64,000 bases of DNA from Candidatus Woesebacteria bacterium (GTDB lineage: Bacteria > Patescibacteriota > Microgenomatia > UBA8517): contig DMZH01000002.1 in the NCBI GenBank assembly GCA_003484955.1, positions 78,825 to 142,824 on the forward strand, in the 5' to 3' direction. Made by a program: the position numbers and the translations under genes. Positions 1-9,158 of this stretch are shown here, piece by piece. Position 1 is the first letter of the stretch, and every line of letters starts with the position of its first letter. The notes beneath the pieces are model-generated. The model made no database searches, was not told the DNA's origin, and worked only from the letters and a program-made list of their open reading frames with translations.

Positions 1-1
1 G

Positions 2-1027
2 CTTGGTTCGATATTTGATCAAGCCAAAGATGTTTTTCCTCATCCACTGGCGTCATACTCTCAAAAAATGCATACAAAATGGGGAGTTTTTTATGATTAT
101 ATGCAACTGATTGTAAAAAATGTTCCGAGTAATATGGCAATTTATAATCCGCCTCAAAACATCAGAGGTATTGAGGGAAACCAGTTTTTGATTAGAAGTT
201 TTCTATTTCCAAGAATATTGATATCTGCACAAAGAGTGTCTTGGAGTATTGCTAAAAGCGAAGCCGATTACGTGATGGTTACGGATTCGTGGCCTGGGTT
301 TGAACCTCCAAGAGAATCATTTGTGTATCTACCAAAGAACGTGCAGATTTTCTGGAAAAATTTTCTAGTTTATTTCCCTGACAGAATAGACAAAATTGAC
401 AATCTTTTGGAAATTGATAGCGATGGGGACAGAAAGATAGTAGAAAACAATAGTGAAGAAAAACATCTCTCGATAATCTATAATTCCTCCAACTATGACT
501 ACTGGGGTAGGAGTTATTCGAGAAACATGACCCCCGATAATATATCAGTTGATGTTTTGGTAAACCAAACCGAGAAAGTGAGTATTGTTGCGGGTTTTAA
601 ATTACAGAATGGAGCTACCATTGTGTTATCATCCCCACCGAACGATAAAAAAGAAGAGTATGTTCATTTGACCATAACTAATATACAAGCGAAGCTAGAT
701 AACATCACGAAGATTCAAGGCTTGCCACAAAAAGGTGCAACACTAAGCTTTGTAGCATTAAATCCAGGACAGGTGTATTTACATTCAGGCTATGCAGATT
801 TTGGCTTAATAAAGATTGATAAGAGTGGTCTGGTTGATTCAGAGAAGGCAATGCCCAAATATTATAATGATGCATACTTTCTAAATTTATATAGGCTTGC
901 GGTGTACAACAGTTCCTCAAAAAATATTGAGAAATATCGGACGCTAGTCTATGATTCAACATCGGGATTTGTAATTCCTGATGATGAGTATAATGAAGTT
1001 GAAAAAACAATAACCGGTAGAAAATAA
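2..1027 (+). CDS. Hypothetical protein of the glycan locus, probably 5'-partial
   Basis: The frame is open from position 2 (LGSIFDQAKDVFPHPLASYSQKM...) through ATG 68 to the stop at 1027; the next gene starts at 1029; no recognisable motif. Confidence 0.7.
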   Translation, partial: LGSIFDQAKDVFPHPLASYSQKMHTKWGVFYDYMQLIVKNVPSNMAIYNPPQNIRGIEGNQFLIRSFLFPRILISAQRVSWSIAKSEADYVMVTDSWPGFEPPRESFVYLPKNVQIFWKNFLVYFPDRIDKIDNLLEIDSDGDRKIVENNSEEKHLSIIYNSSNYDYWGRSYSRNMTPDNISVDVLVNQTEKVSIVAGFKLQNGATIVLSSPPNDKKEEYVHLTITNIQAKLDNITKIQGLPQKGATLSFVALNPGQVYLHSGYADFGLIKIDKSGLVDSEKAMPKYYNDAYFLNLYRLAVYNSSSKNIEKYRTLVYDSTSGFVIPDDEYNEVEKTITGRK

Positions 1028-1028
1028 A

Positions 1029-2438
1029 ATGTTCTATATAATTTTTTTATCATTTTTTTTGCTCTCTTTCCAAATAATTTCAAGGTTGGATAAGAATATG
1101 AAATTTATTGAGAGAGCAGCAATGACATATTTGTTAGGAACCGCCGAGGTCTCCTTATTGGGATCGTTTTTTATATATACAAAAGGAAGAATCAACCTTC
1201 TTGAATTTATGATACCGGCAATAATTTCATTTGTTATTTCTTTACTGATTATTTTTAAAAAAGGGAACACCAACCTTAAGCTTCTTAAGAGAGTCAAAAA
1301 GGTTATATATGGCCAGCTCAAAAGAATTAATATTACCTCTTTTGAGGGAATTTGCCTGCTTATAATTGGATTATTACTTGCGACGACAATAATTAACGGA
1401 CTCTATTGGCCGGTGAGCTCCTGGGATTCATTAACTTTATATGATTTTCGCGGAAAGATAATCGCTCAAGGGTTTTCGTTAAGCGATTTATTTAAACAAA
1501 CGTTTAAAGATTGGGATTTTTATTCTTATTATTTTTCGTATCCGCTTTTCACCTCGATACTGCACAGTGTTTCGTATATGACGTCGGGGCCATCTCCTCA
1601 GATTTTCTATAGTCTTTATTATGTAAGTCTCGTAGTAATATTCTACTCAACTTTATTGAGATTTTCAGACAGAAAAACTACTGCATTTTTGACGTTGATG
1701 TTGGCTCTTTCACCAGTCATTTTTAGTCATACCACGATTGCTTATCCAAATTTACCATATGCTACATATTTTGTTACTGGATTTTTTATTTTTTATAGAT
1801 ATACCAAGGAAGGCCGTCCTATAGGTTTATTAATGTTATCTTTATTGATGAATGTCTTTGCGTATGCAGTCAGGCCAACAGAACCCTTTCTTGTAGCCTT
1901 TGCGCTCATATATATTATAGACATGCTTGTCAGCAGAAACATTAAAACGAAAATTATATATCTGTTTCTGTTTTTTATTTTGTTATATATATTAAATAAA
2001 TCATGGAGCCTATATTTTCAAAGAGAAGCTTTTGCAGCCATATCTTATCCCATCAATTTAGATAAAAGATCCTCTTTATTTGATGCCGGTTTAGCATGGG
2101 GCTCATTAAGAACTTTTTCCAATTTGCCGGAGATAATAAAATTTATATACAACAATAGTAAGGGCGCCGTTAGTCCGATTTTGGTTCTGATGTCTGCGAC
2201 TTCGGTATTTTTTTATAGGAATAAAATTAAAGATAACATCTATTCAATAATTTTTGTTGTTGCCTGCTATTTATTGATAGTTGCGGGAACATTGTATATT
2301 AGTTATATATATGATTTTTGGAAAATTATTGGGGAATCTTTGTCCAGAATAGTAATTTTTATTATTCCACTTTTACTTTTTACCATAGGTTGTTTTTGGC
2401 GCTTACCAAGTACTAGTATTTTGAAGTGGGAAGAATGA
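1029..2438 (+). CDS. Polytopic membrane protein, GT-C-like (lipid-phosphate-sugar-dependent) glycosyltransferase
   Basis: 469 aa with many hydrophobic helices; acidic loop motif YWPVSSWDS...YPLF typical of GT-C/PMT-like proteins; glycan-locus context. Confidence 0.6.
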   Translation: MFYIIFLSFFLLSFQIISRLDKNMKFIERAAMTYLLGTAEVSLLGSFFIYTKGRINLLEFMIPAIISFVISLLIIFKKGNTNLKLLKRVKKVIYGQLKRINITSFEGICLLIIGLLLATTIINGLYWPVSSWDSLTLYDFRGKIIAQGFSLSDLFKQTFKDWDFYSYYFSYPLFTSILHSVSYMTSGPSPQIFYSLYYVSLVVIFYSTLLRFSDRKTTAFLTLMLALSPVIFSHTTIAYPNLPYATYFVTGFFIFYRYTKEGRPIGLLMLSLLMNVFAYAVRPTEPFLVAFALIYIIDMLVSRNIKTKIIYLFLFFILLYILNKSWSLYFQREAFAAISYPINLDKRSSLFDAGLAWGSLRTFSNLPEIIKFIYNNSKGAVSPILVLMSATSVFFYRNKIKDNIYSIIFVVACYLLIVAGTLYISYIYDFWKIIGESLSRIVIFIIPLLLFTIGCFWRLPSTSILKWEE

Positions 2439-3529
2439 AAATCGGAATCAACACACTGTTTCTTATTCCAAATAAAGTTGGGGGGTCGGAGACATATTCA
2501 AGAGGATTAATTAAAGCTCTTTACGAGTATGACAAGAAAAATGAGTATGTTATATTTTGCAACAAAGAAAATTACAATACATTCGATAATAAGTACAATC
2601 GAATCTTAGTTCCAATAAATGCGACAAATAGATTTGTTAGGATTGTTGCTGAGCAATTAATCTTTCCAATATATCTGTATTTAAATAAAATTGACGTAGT
2701 ATATTCACTCGGATACACCTCTCCGTTTTTTACGACCTGCAAGGCAATTGTAAACATATTTGATCTTAATTGGTATTATCACCCTGAAGATTTTGGTTTT
2801 TTTCAAAAGTTAATCTTAAAATTTTTTGTAACCCACTCGGCAAACTTTGCAGATGCTATCACCACTTCCTCTTTTTCCTCAAAAAAATCAATTAAAGAAA
2901 AGCTTAATATTAAAAAGCCAGTTGAGGTTATGTATATGGGTATGCCATTAATGAATAAGCCAATTTCAAAAAATAGTCTTTTGAAATTGGGAGTGCGAAT
3001 GCCATATATTTTTTCATTAACGGCGGCTTATCCCCATAAAAACGTATTAGGACTATTAAATATTTTTAAATCAATTATTGATAGGGGACACAAGATCAAC
3101 TTAGTTATTGCTGGATTGGGGTGGAGATCGGAAAATGAAATGAAACAATTTATCAAGAAGAACAAACTAAATAGGAATGTTAAAATTTTAAGTTATGTGG
3201 ATAACGGTACTTTATCTGCGTTGTATAAGTATGCAAAATTATTTTTATTCGCTTCTTTTTATGAAGGGTTTGGAATTCCGTTGTTGGAATGTTTTCATTT
3301 TGGCGTTCCCATCATATCGTCCAATGCATTTTCTTTGAAGGAGGTTTTGGGTAACGGAGGTGTTAGTATAAATCCTCATGATCAGAAAATTTTTGTAAGA
3401 GAGATAGAAAAATCCCTAGTGGATAAAGAGTATCTTAATGCCCTAAAAATCAAAAGCACAGAACGCGTAAAAGGTTTTGATTGGGAAAAGAGCGTAAAAA
3501 TTTTTATTAACTTGTTAGGTAAAATATAA
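2435..3529 (+). CDS. Glycosyltransferase family 4 (GT-B)
   Basis: N-terminal MKIGIN...GGSETY; HKN and C-terminal YEGFGIPLLE (ExFG..E) motifs; ATG 2435 overlaps the upstream stop (ATGA). Confidence 0.93.
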   Translation: MKIGINTLFLIPNKVGGSETYSRGLIKALYEYDKKNEYVIFCNKENYNTFDNKYNRILVPINATNRFVRIVAEQLIFPIYLYLNKIDVVYSLGYTSPFFTTCKAIVNIFDLNWYYHPEDFGFFQKLILKFFVTHSANFADAITTSSFSSKKSIKEKLNIKKPVEVMYMGMPLMNKPISKNSLLKLGVRMPYIFSLTAAYPHKNVLGLLNIFKSIIDRGHKINLVIAGLGWRSENEMKQFIKKNKLNRNVKILSYVDNGTLSALYKYAKLFLFASFYEGFGIPLLECFHFGVPIISSNAFSLKEVLGNGGVSINPHDQKIFVREIEKSLVDKEYLNALKIKSTERVKGFDWEKSVKIFINLLGKI

Positions 3530-3530
3530 G

Positions 3531-4442
3531 TTGAAAAACCATTTAAGCAAAAAAAATAAAATTGGAATTATCGTTGTCCATTACGGCAATCCGCAGGATA
3601 CGATCGAGCTATTAGGTTCTTTGTCTAAGATAAATATATTTAATGGCATTTTATATTTAGTCGATAATGATCCCAAAAACAGGCTTAGGAAAATTCCCCA
3701 GTATAACTTCAAAATTAACTATATTAAATCAAAGAAAAACTTGGGCTGGGCTGGCGGTGCAGATTTTGCTGCACGGAAGGCCTACTCACAAGGCTGTGAC
3801 ACCCTATGTTTTCTGACATGTGATACAGTTATTAACGATAAATTTTTCTTAGACAAGATGACGAAACCCCTGGGAGATACAAAGATAGGTGCAACGATAC
3901 CTTTAGTTGTGTTTCATAACAACCCCAATCGGATTTGGAGTGCGGGTGGAAAGTTATATAAATTAATTGCCTATACAAAACATTATGACTATAACCGCTT
4001 TGTAACGATTAAAAATTTGAACAAGTACCCCGACTTCGGTGGTATAGGTCTTACTATGAGATCAGATGTTTATAAAAAGATAGGGGGATGGGATCCAAAT
4101 TATTTTTTGTATTATGAAGATGTCGATATATGTTTCAAAATACTTAAACGTAAACTAAAAATAAAATTAGTTTCCCAGGCCATTGTTGAACACAAAGCAA
4201 CTACCCCATCACGCGGGATTGAGATGAAGCTGTCCCCATTTTCATCATTTCACTATGGGAGAAGCGCTTTTATTTTTATTAAGAAAAATCTCACCGGTTT
4301 TGGTGTTCTAACAGCAATATTTGGTCAGATATTTATACGTGCCCCTTTGTTTATGATTGCAATGATGAGACAAAATAATTTTAAGGCTTTGAAATCCTAC
4401 GTCCATGGTTCACTATCTGGGGTAAAAGAAGTTTTGTTTTAA
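3531..4442 (+). CDS. Glycosyltransferase family 2 (WbbL/rhamnosyltransferase-like)
   Basis: IIVVHY, LVDN, NLGWAGG, GGWDPNYFLYYEDVD motifs. Confidence 0.9.
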   Translation: MKNHLSKKNKIGIIVVHYGNPQDTIELLGSLSKINIFNGILYLVDNDPKNRLRKIPQYNFKINYIKSKKNLGWAGGADFAARKAYSQGCDTLCFLTCDTVINDKFFLDKMTKPLGDTKIGATIPLVVFHNNPNRIWSAGGKLYKLIAYTKHYDYNRFVTIKNLNKYPDFGGIGLTMRSDVYKKIGGWDPNYFLYYEDVDICFKILKRKLKIKLVSQAIVEHKATTPSRGIEMKLSPFSSFHYGRSAFIFIKKNLTGFGVLTAIFGQIFIRAPLFMIAMMRQNNFKALKSYVHGSLSGVKEVLF

Positions 4443-5182
4443 ATTCTTTTACTAATAATAAATATCTTTCTATAACACTTGTCAAATGACAATGGTTTGG
4501 AAAGCCATCCGAAGCTGAACATAAAAAAACGAAAAGCAAAGGGTAGTATATCGATATGGATCCTATCCAATAGTTTTTGTAAGGCAAGAAGCGGTAAAAA
4601 GTCAAGGTTTGACAACACCACCAAAAAGATTTCGATTTTAGCGTTGAGATTATTAACCTCCTGTATACTTTCAGGTTTGTAAACTTTTATTTTTTTGACA
4701 ACTGCTTTCGATGAGGGGAGGCCGTTTTGAAGATGCTCCTTAATATATTTGATATGAGGAGAGTTTTTAAATGGAGAGACTAAGTTAAAGAATATTTTAT
4801 CCCGTTTTCGAGCAGCCGAATCACAAGGGAATCCAAGATATAAAGTTTTTTTTGTTACCCTCATCAGTTCAGAAAGGGCTTTGTTTCTAAGTTTTGGAGG
4901 GATGTGTTCAAGCATATCTAAAGAAATTACACTCTCAAAACTTTTGTCTTCAAACGGAAGCTTTAGAACGCTCCCAGTCTTGTAAAACACTGTTTTAAGT
5001 GATTTTCGTCTGAAACTGAAGTCAAATAAAGTAATTTTGGATGTTAGATTCAAAAATGGAGCTACTCCATAATCATCTGATCCCACCTCCAAAATTTTTT
5101 TATATTTGTTTTTCTTGATGTCGTTGACTATTGGTTCATATCTTAAGACAATATCTAGCATACACTGAAGAATATACAACAT
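4439..5182 (-). CDS. Class I SAM-dependent methyltransferase
   Basis: ILEVGS motif I; GSVLKLPFEDKSFESVISLDMLEHI; alternative start at 5161. Confidence 0.85.
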   Translation of the reverse strand: MLYILQCMLDIVLRYEPIVNDIKKNKYKKILEVGSDDYGVAPFLNLTSKITLFDFSFRRKSLKTVFYKTGSVLKLPFEDKSFESVISLDMLEHIPPKLRNKALSELMRVTKKTLYLGFPCDSAARKRDKIFFNLVSPFKNSPHIKYIKEHLQNGLPSSKAVVKKIKVYKPESIQEVNNLNAKIEIFLVVLSNLDFLPLLALQKLLDRIHIDILPFAFRFFMFSFGWLSKPLSFDKCYRKIFIISKRI

Positions 5183-5245
5183 TTTCAGTCGAGAGACATC
5201 TGGTAATTGAGTGAGGTGGTTAAAATTCTGCGTGCGGGTTGATGA

Positions 5246-5274
5246 TTGACATCTAAAGTGTTATGAGCTAATTT
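5246..5274 (+). promoter_or_regulatory. Sigma70-type promoter for the C-methyltransferase
   Basis: TTGACA (5246-5251) N17 TAATTT (5269-5274), 10 nt before the GTG start at 5285. Confidence 0.55.
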
Positions 5275-5284
5275 CTACGTATCA

Positions 5285-6559
5285 GTGGTAAAAGAATCTT
5301 TTGTAGATAAGGAACAAAACAAAGTACGTCTTTTGACGGTGTGTCAAGCGTGTAAGGGAAAAAAACTATACAAGTTTATAAATTTTGGGCCGATGCCCAA
5401 GCCGAATATATATCAAACACGTGAGGAAGTTATTCAACATGGTCAGATAAGTTATCAACTGGACGCAAATTTATGTATGAATTGTGGCCTGGTTCAACTA
5501 GGTGAAATAATCCCTTCAAGCGAACTTTTTGCAGACAATTACGCTTATCGTACCCCGGATGCTATGAAGTTTGATTTTAGAAATGGTGCTCACGAAACAA
5601 TAGATATCTCAAAAATACCAGAGGGATCTAAGGTTTTAGAAATTGGAAGCAATGTTGGGCTTTGTTTGAAAGAATATAAAAGATTGGGAATGAAAGTTAT
5701 TGGTGTCGACCCCGCCACAAAATATGCAAAGCAAGCCAACAAAGCAGGAATTAAAACTTTGATTGAACCATTTACACCGGTTTTGGCTAGTGAAATAGTC
5801 AAAAAAATGGGAAAGATGGATATTGTTACCGCAGCAAACGTATTGCAACACATTCCTGACATAAGAGGAACCATAGAGGGAATAGCGACACTACTTGCAC
5901 CAAAAGGTGTCTTTACTTTGGAATTCCCTTATCTGGGAAACATTCTTACAAATACAGATTTTGACACGTTCTATGCAGAGCATTACTATTATCTGTCTCT
6001 AAAACCACTACAAAGAATGTTTGAAGATTTCGGATTGACGATTGTTCATGCTAAACATTTGCCGGACATACACTGTGGTTCAATGAGGATTTTTGTTAAA
6101 CACGCTCCATCAAAAATGAGTCTAGTGGCAAAAGAAATACTAAAGCACGAAGAGGAACAGGGATTTTATGATCCAAATAAATTTGCTGCATTTAGAGTAA
6201 AGGTCAACGACATAATGTATCAAATACACGAACATCTTCACATAGCAAAAATGAGAGGCGAACGCATTGTTGCTCATGGCTCATCTGCCAAGTTTGTAAC
6301 GTTGACAAATTATGGACATATCGGTAGCGACATGATTGAATATGTTGCTGATTCAACCATCGCAAAACATGGAAAAGTCACTCCTGGTATGGGTATTCCT
6401 GTCGTATCTGAGGACAGGCTTATTAAAGACGCTCCAGACCTAATTTTTAATGGTATACGAAATTTTTATCAGCAAAATAAATCGAAATATGGCGAGATAA
6501 AGAGAAAAAATCCCAAGACGAAAATATTGATACCAATTCCAGAGGTAGAATATAAATAG
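5285..6559 (+). CDS. NDP-hexose C-methyltransferase (Zn-binding N-terminal, SAM-binding and C-terminal domains)
   Basis: CxxC...CxxCGLVQL, VLEIGSNVG, YAEHYYYLS, IHCGSMR, AHGSSAK, K.GK.TPG...IPV motifs of TylC3/EryBIII/TcaB9-type enzymes. Confidence 0.9.
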   Translation: MVKESFVDKEQNKVRLLTVCQACKGKKLYKFINFGPMPKPNIYQTREEVIQHGQISYQLDANLCMNCGLVQLGEIIPSSELFADNYAYRTPDAMKFDFRNGAHETIDISKIPEGSKVLEIGSNVGLCLKEYKRLGMKVIGVDPATKYAKQANKAGIKTLIEPFTPVLASEIVKKMGKMDIVTAANVLQHIPDIRGTIEGIATLLAPKGVFTLEFPYLGNILTNTDFDTFYAEHYYYLSLKPLQRMFEDFGLTIVHAKHLPDIHCGSMRIFVKHAPSKMSLVAKEILKHEEEQGFYDPNKFAAFRVKVNDIMYQIHEHLHIAKMRGERIVAHGSSAKFVTLTNYGHIGSDMIEYVADSTIAKHGKVTPGMGIPVVSEDRLIKDAPDLIFNGIRNFYQQNKSKYGEIKRKNPKTKILIPIPEVEYK

Positions 6560-6561
6560 AT

Positions 6562-7443
6562 CTATAATATCGCTTTTAATTCTTGTGCGAAGTCTTGGAT
6601 GGCTTCTTCCCATGTGGGTGGTTTTAAACCAAGTCTTTTTTCTGCGATTTCCGTAGCCAGGCCTCCAAATTTGGCGTATGGCTGTTTGCCGTTCATATCT
6701 TCAAATTTAGTAAGAGAGCCTTTCTTAATCCCTAATCCCAACCCCAATATCTTGTTTGTGTAAACACCGACTGCATATGGTGTGGTCAACCCTTTACATA
6801 CCCAGTGAAAAACCCCTGTTAATTTTAGTGTTGATAATTTCTCAATTACTGTTTGGAGAGATTTTATGTAGGTCGGTGTAAAATGTTGATCGGTAAATAA
6901 GGGATAACCCAATCTCACTGATTTTATAAGTTTTATTATATAGTCTTTGTCTGGAAAATCTGGATTCCCAAATGGATAGGCTATTCGAAGTATCGCTGCC
7001 TTTGCGCCGGACTTGTTAACTTCTATTTCTCCACGAAGTTTTGTGTAACCATATGGGCTAACTATTTTAAAATCGTCAAGCACTATTTCCGACTCGTCAT
7101 GAGGACCTTTGGATGTATTAAGGTAAGGAAACACTCCGTCGGTCGAGATGTGTATTAAAAACTTGCCCGTCTCTTTACACACCTCTGCAACATTTTTAGT
7201 TCCATCGACATTTAATTTCCAAGATGGACCATTTGGATCACGCGTTGCCGTTTTAACATCAGTGAAAGCGGCAAAATTAATTACAACATCAGCCATTTCT
7301 GCATATTGTCTAATAGAGTCTTTTTGGGTTATATCCAAGTCGGGAAATGGCGGGGAAATTACTTTTTGGAGAGGGGAGGAAAAACCTTGCAAAACTTTAG
7401 ATCCGACAAATCCATGTTTTCCAATAAACAGTATTTTTGACAT
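6562..7443 (-). CDS. RmlD-like NDP-4-keto-6-deoxyhexose reductase (extended SDR)
   Basis: GKHGFVG, DLDIT, INFAAFTDV, HISTD, YGYTK, DQHFTPTY. Confidence 0.88.
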   Translation of the reverse strand: MSKILFIGKHGFVGSKVLQGFSSPLQKVISPPFPDLDITQKDSIRQYAEMADVVINFAAFTDVKTATRDPNGPSWKLNVDGTKNVAEVCKETGKFLIHISTDGVFPYLNTSKGPHDESEIVLDDFKIVSPYGYTKLRGEIEVNKSGAKAAILRIAYPFGNPDFPDKDYIIKLIKSVRLGYPLFTDQHFTPTYIKSLQTVIEKLSTLKLTGVFHWVCKGLTTPYAVGVYTNKILGLGLGIKKGSLTKFEDMNGKQPYAKFGGLATEIAEKRLGLKPPTWEEAIQDFAQELKAIL

Positions 7444-7494
7444 TTAGCCATTTTATATCGGCACCTTTGATAAATGTAGTGGTAATATATATGT

Positions 7495-9066
7495 ATGTAC
7501 CTTAATCTTTCGGACTCCGCGAAGTTTGCAGACATTGCTAGAAATTTAGTAAATGGCTTAGGATATGGGAGTACTTTTTCCTTTTGGTCCATAAATATTT
7601 TTGAGCTAATTAAAACAAAAACATTTTGGTCTCCCTGGGTTCCTCCAGTAATACCTTATTCGATTGCAGCATTTTTTAAAATCTTTGGAGTAGGGGACTT
7701 TGCGGTAATTGCTACCTCGTTTTTCTATTTTATTCTCACTTTAGTTTTTGTTTACTTCTTGGGAAAGAGAATTTTCAACTCAAAATTAGTTGGGATTCTT
7801 TCTACTCTTACTATTGGATTTAGTTATGATCTGATCCACTATGCAACAAATGGTGCTTCAGAATCCCCTTTCATTTTTGAAATAGTGGCAGCTTCTTATT
7901 TTGCATCTATTAAAAAAAAGTGGGCGAGCGCAGTAACTATTTTATTATTGATTTTGATGTACTTCACCCGTCCCCAAGCGTTTATCTATATCACAGGGAT
8001 CGTGCTTTACTGGCTTTTAATTAACTTTAAGTTCAAAAAAGCATTGATTTTTTTTGGAATCATCTCAGTTGTTGGTTTTTTGGTTGATTATTTTGTACTA
8101 ATGTCACTTTCCGGAAAATATTTTTTGTATTCGATAATAGGCCGCGGAGTTGGCTCCTCCTTTAGCCAAACTTCAGTTGCCTCTGACGTTTTGCGCGGGG
8201 CCACCATTGTTGTTGAAGGAGGAATCTCACAAACCCTCAAAAACATTCTCTACAATCTTTACAACTTTTATAAACTTCTGCCACAAATAATATCATCATA
8301 CCTTTTTGGAATTTTTGTAACTGGTTTATTCCTTAAATCAAAAAACAAGACAGAAAGCTCATTTAAAATTGTCTCGACATTCATTGTGGCTTTTACTTTT
8401 TTAGTCACCGCCGCTAGTATTCCTTTTTTTAGGTATTTACACCCGGTTATTCCACTTGTGTACATTATTGCGACAGGGACACTCGTGGAAATAATTTCTA
8501 AATTCGAAATCCTAAATGCGAGACAGATTCCAAACCCCAAATCACAAATTCAAAATAAAAGATTCACAATTATTGCTTCCACATTCTTGATTCTTCTGTT
8601 TGGTGTTGGACAGACACTTGGAGTTTTAATTCTGGATTCAAGGTTTGAGGCAAAGACTCACAATGTTAGCAAACCTCCTGTGTACATCACACTTTCAAAG
8701 ATTTTGAATGAAAATACAGATAATAATCAGGTTGTTGTTACGAATCTTGATACCTGGGGGAGCTGGTACGGTGAGAGGAGAACCGCTTGGTTCCCTCTGG
8801 AACCAAAACAAATTATTGATCCGACGACGGGTAAAATTCCCTTTGATGCAATTTATCTGACAAACTACCTGATTGATGACGCAAATTATTATATGGGAAA
8901 TGATTGGAGAATGATCTTTAATAATCCAAACGATCCAAAGAAATGGACGTGCAGCAGCTGTGACGAGATTGCTAAGGAATTTACCTTGAAAGGTGTATAT
9001 AAAGTCCCCGCAAGTGACAATTATGAGCGTCTGGACTCTTCGGCTATTCTTCTAATCAAAAAGTAG
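7495..9066 (+). CDS. GT-C/ArnT-PMT (family 39-like) membrane glycosyltransferase
   Basis: SDSAKFADIARNL..G.G, PP motif, many TM helices, RYLHP, soluble C-terminal domain. Confidence 0.75.
   Translation: MYLNLSDSAKFADIARNLVNGLGYGSTFSFWSINIFELIKTKTFWSPWVPPVIPYSIAAFFKIFGVGDFAVIATSFFYFILTLVFVYFLGKRIFNSKLVGILSTLTIGFSYDLIHYATNGASESPFIFEIVAASYFASIKKKWASAVTILLLILMYFTRPQAFIYITGIVLYWLLINFKFKKALIFFGIISVVGFLVDYFVLMSLSGKYFLYSIIGRGVGSSFSQTSVASDVLRGATIVVEGGISQTLKNILYNLYNFYKLLPQIISSYLFGIFVTGLFLKSKNKTESSFKIVSTFIVAFTFLVTAASIPFFRYLHPVIPLVYIIATGTLVEIISKFEILNARQIPNPKSQIQNKRFTIIASTFLILLFGVGQTLGVLILDSRFEAKTHNVSKPPVYITLSKILNENTDNNQVVVTNLDTWGSWYGERRTAWFPLEPKQIIDPTTGKIPFDAIYLTNYLIDDANYYMGNDWRMIFNNPNDPKKWTCSSCDEIAKEFTLKGVYKVPASDNYERLDSSAILLIKK
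8493..8556 (+). repeat. Degenerate 7-bp-period tandem repeat (AAATnCn) inside a CDS
   Basis: AATTTCT AAATTCG AAATCCT AAATGCG agac AGATTCC AAACCCC AAATCAC AAATTCA AAAT; encodes ISKFEILNARQIPNPKSQIQN. Confidence 0.75.
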
Positions 9067-9080
9067 GGTAAAATATAGTG

Positions 9081-9158
9081 GTGAAAAGATACATCGAATT
9101 AGGCAAATCCATGCTTTTGTCGGCAACAGCCAAGGACAGATCTTATGAGAAAAAATAA
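9081..9158 (+). pseudogene. Relic 5' fragment of the downstream flippase gene (25-codon ORF)
   Basis: GTG...TAA gives MKRYIELGKSMLLSATAKDRSYEKK; the first 19 aa align ungapped to flippase MKKIFDWGRQMLFSATAKD with 11 identities; TAAAAT lies 6 nt upstream. Confidence 0.7.

Noticed and set aside
1042..3556. T7/T8 runs near 1042-1060 and an A8 run near 3549 as phase-variation tracts
   Set aside because: Short A/T runs are expected in this AT-rich DNA and the frames are intact
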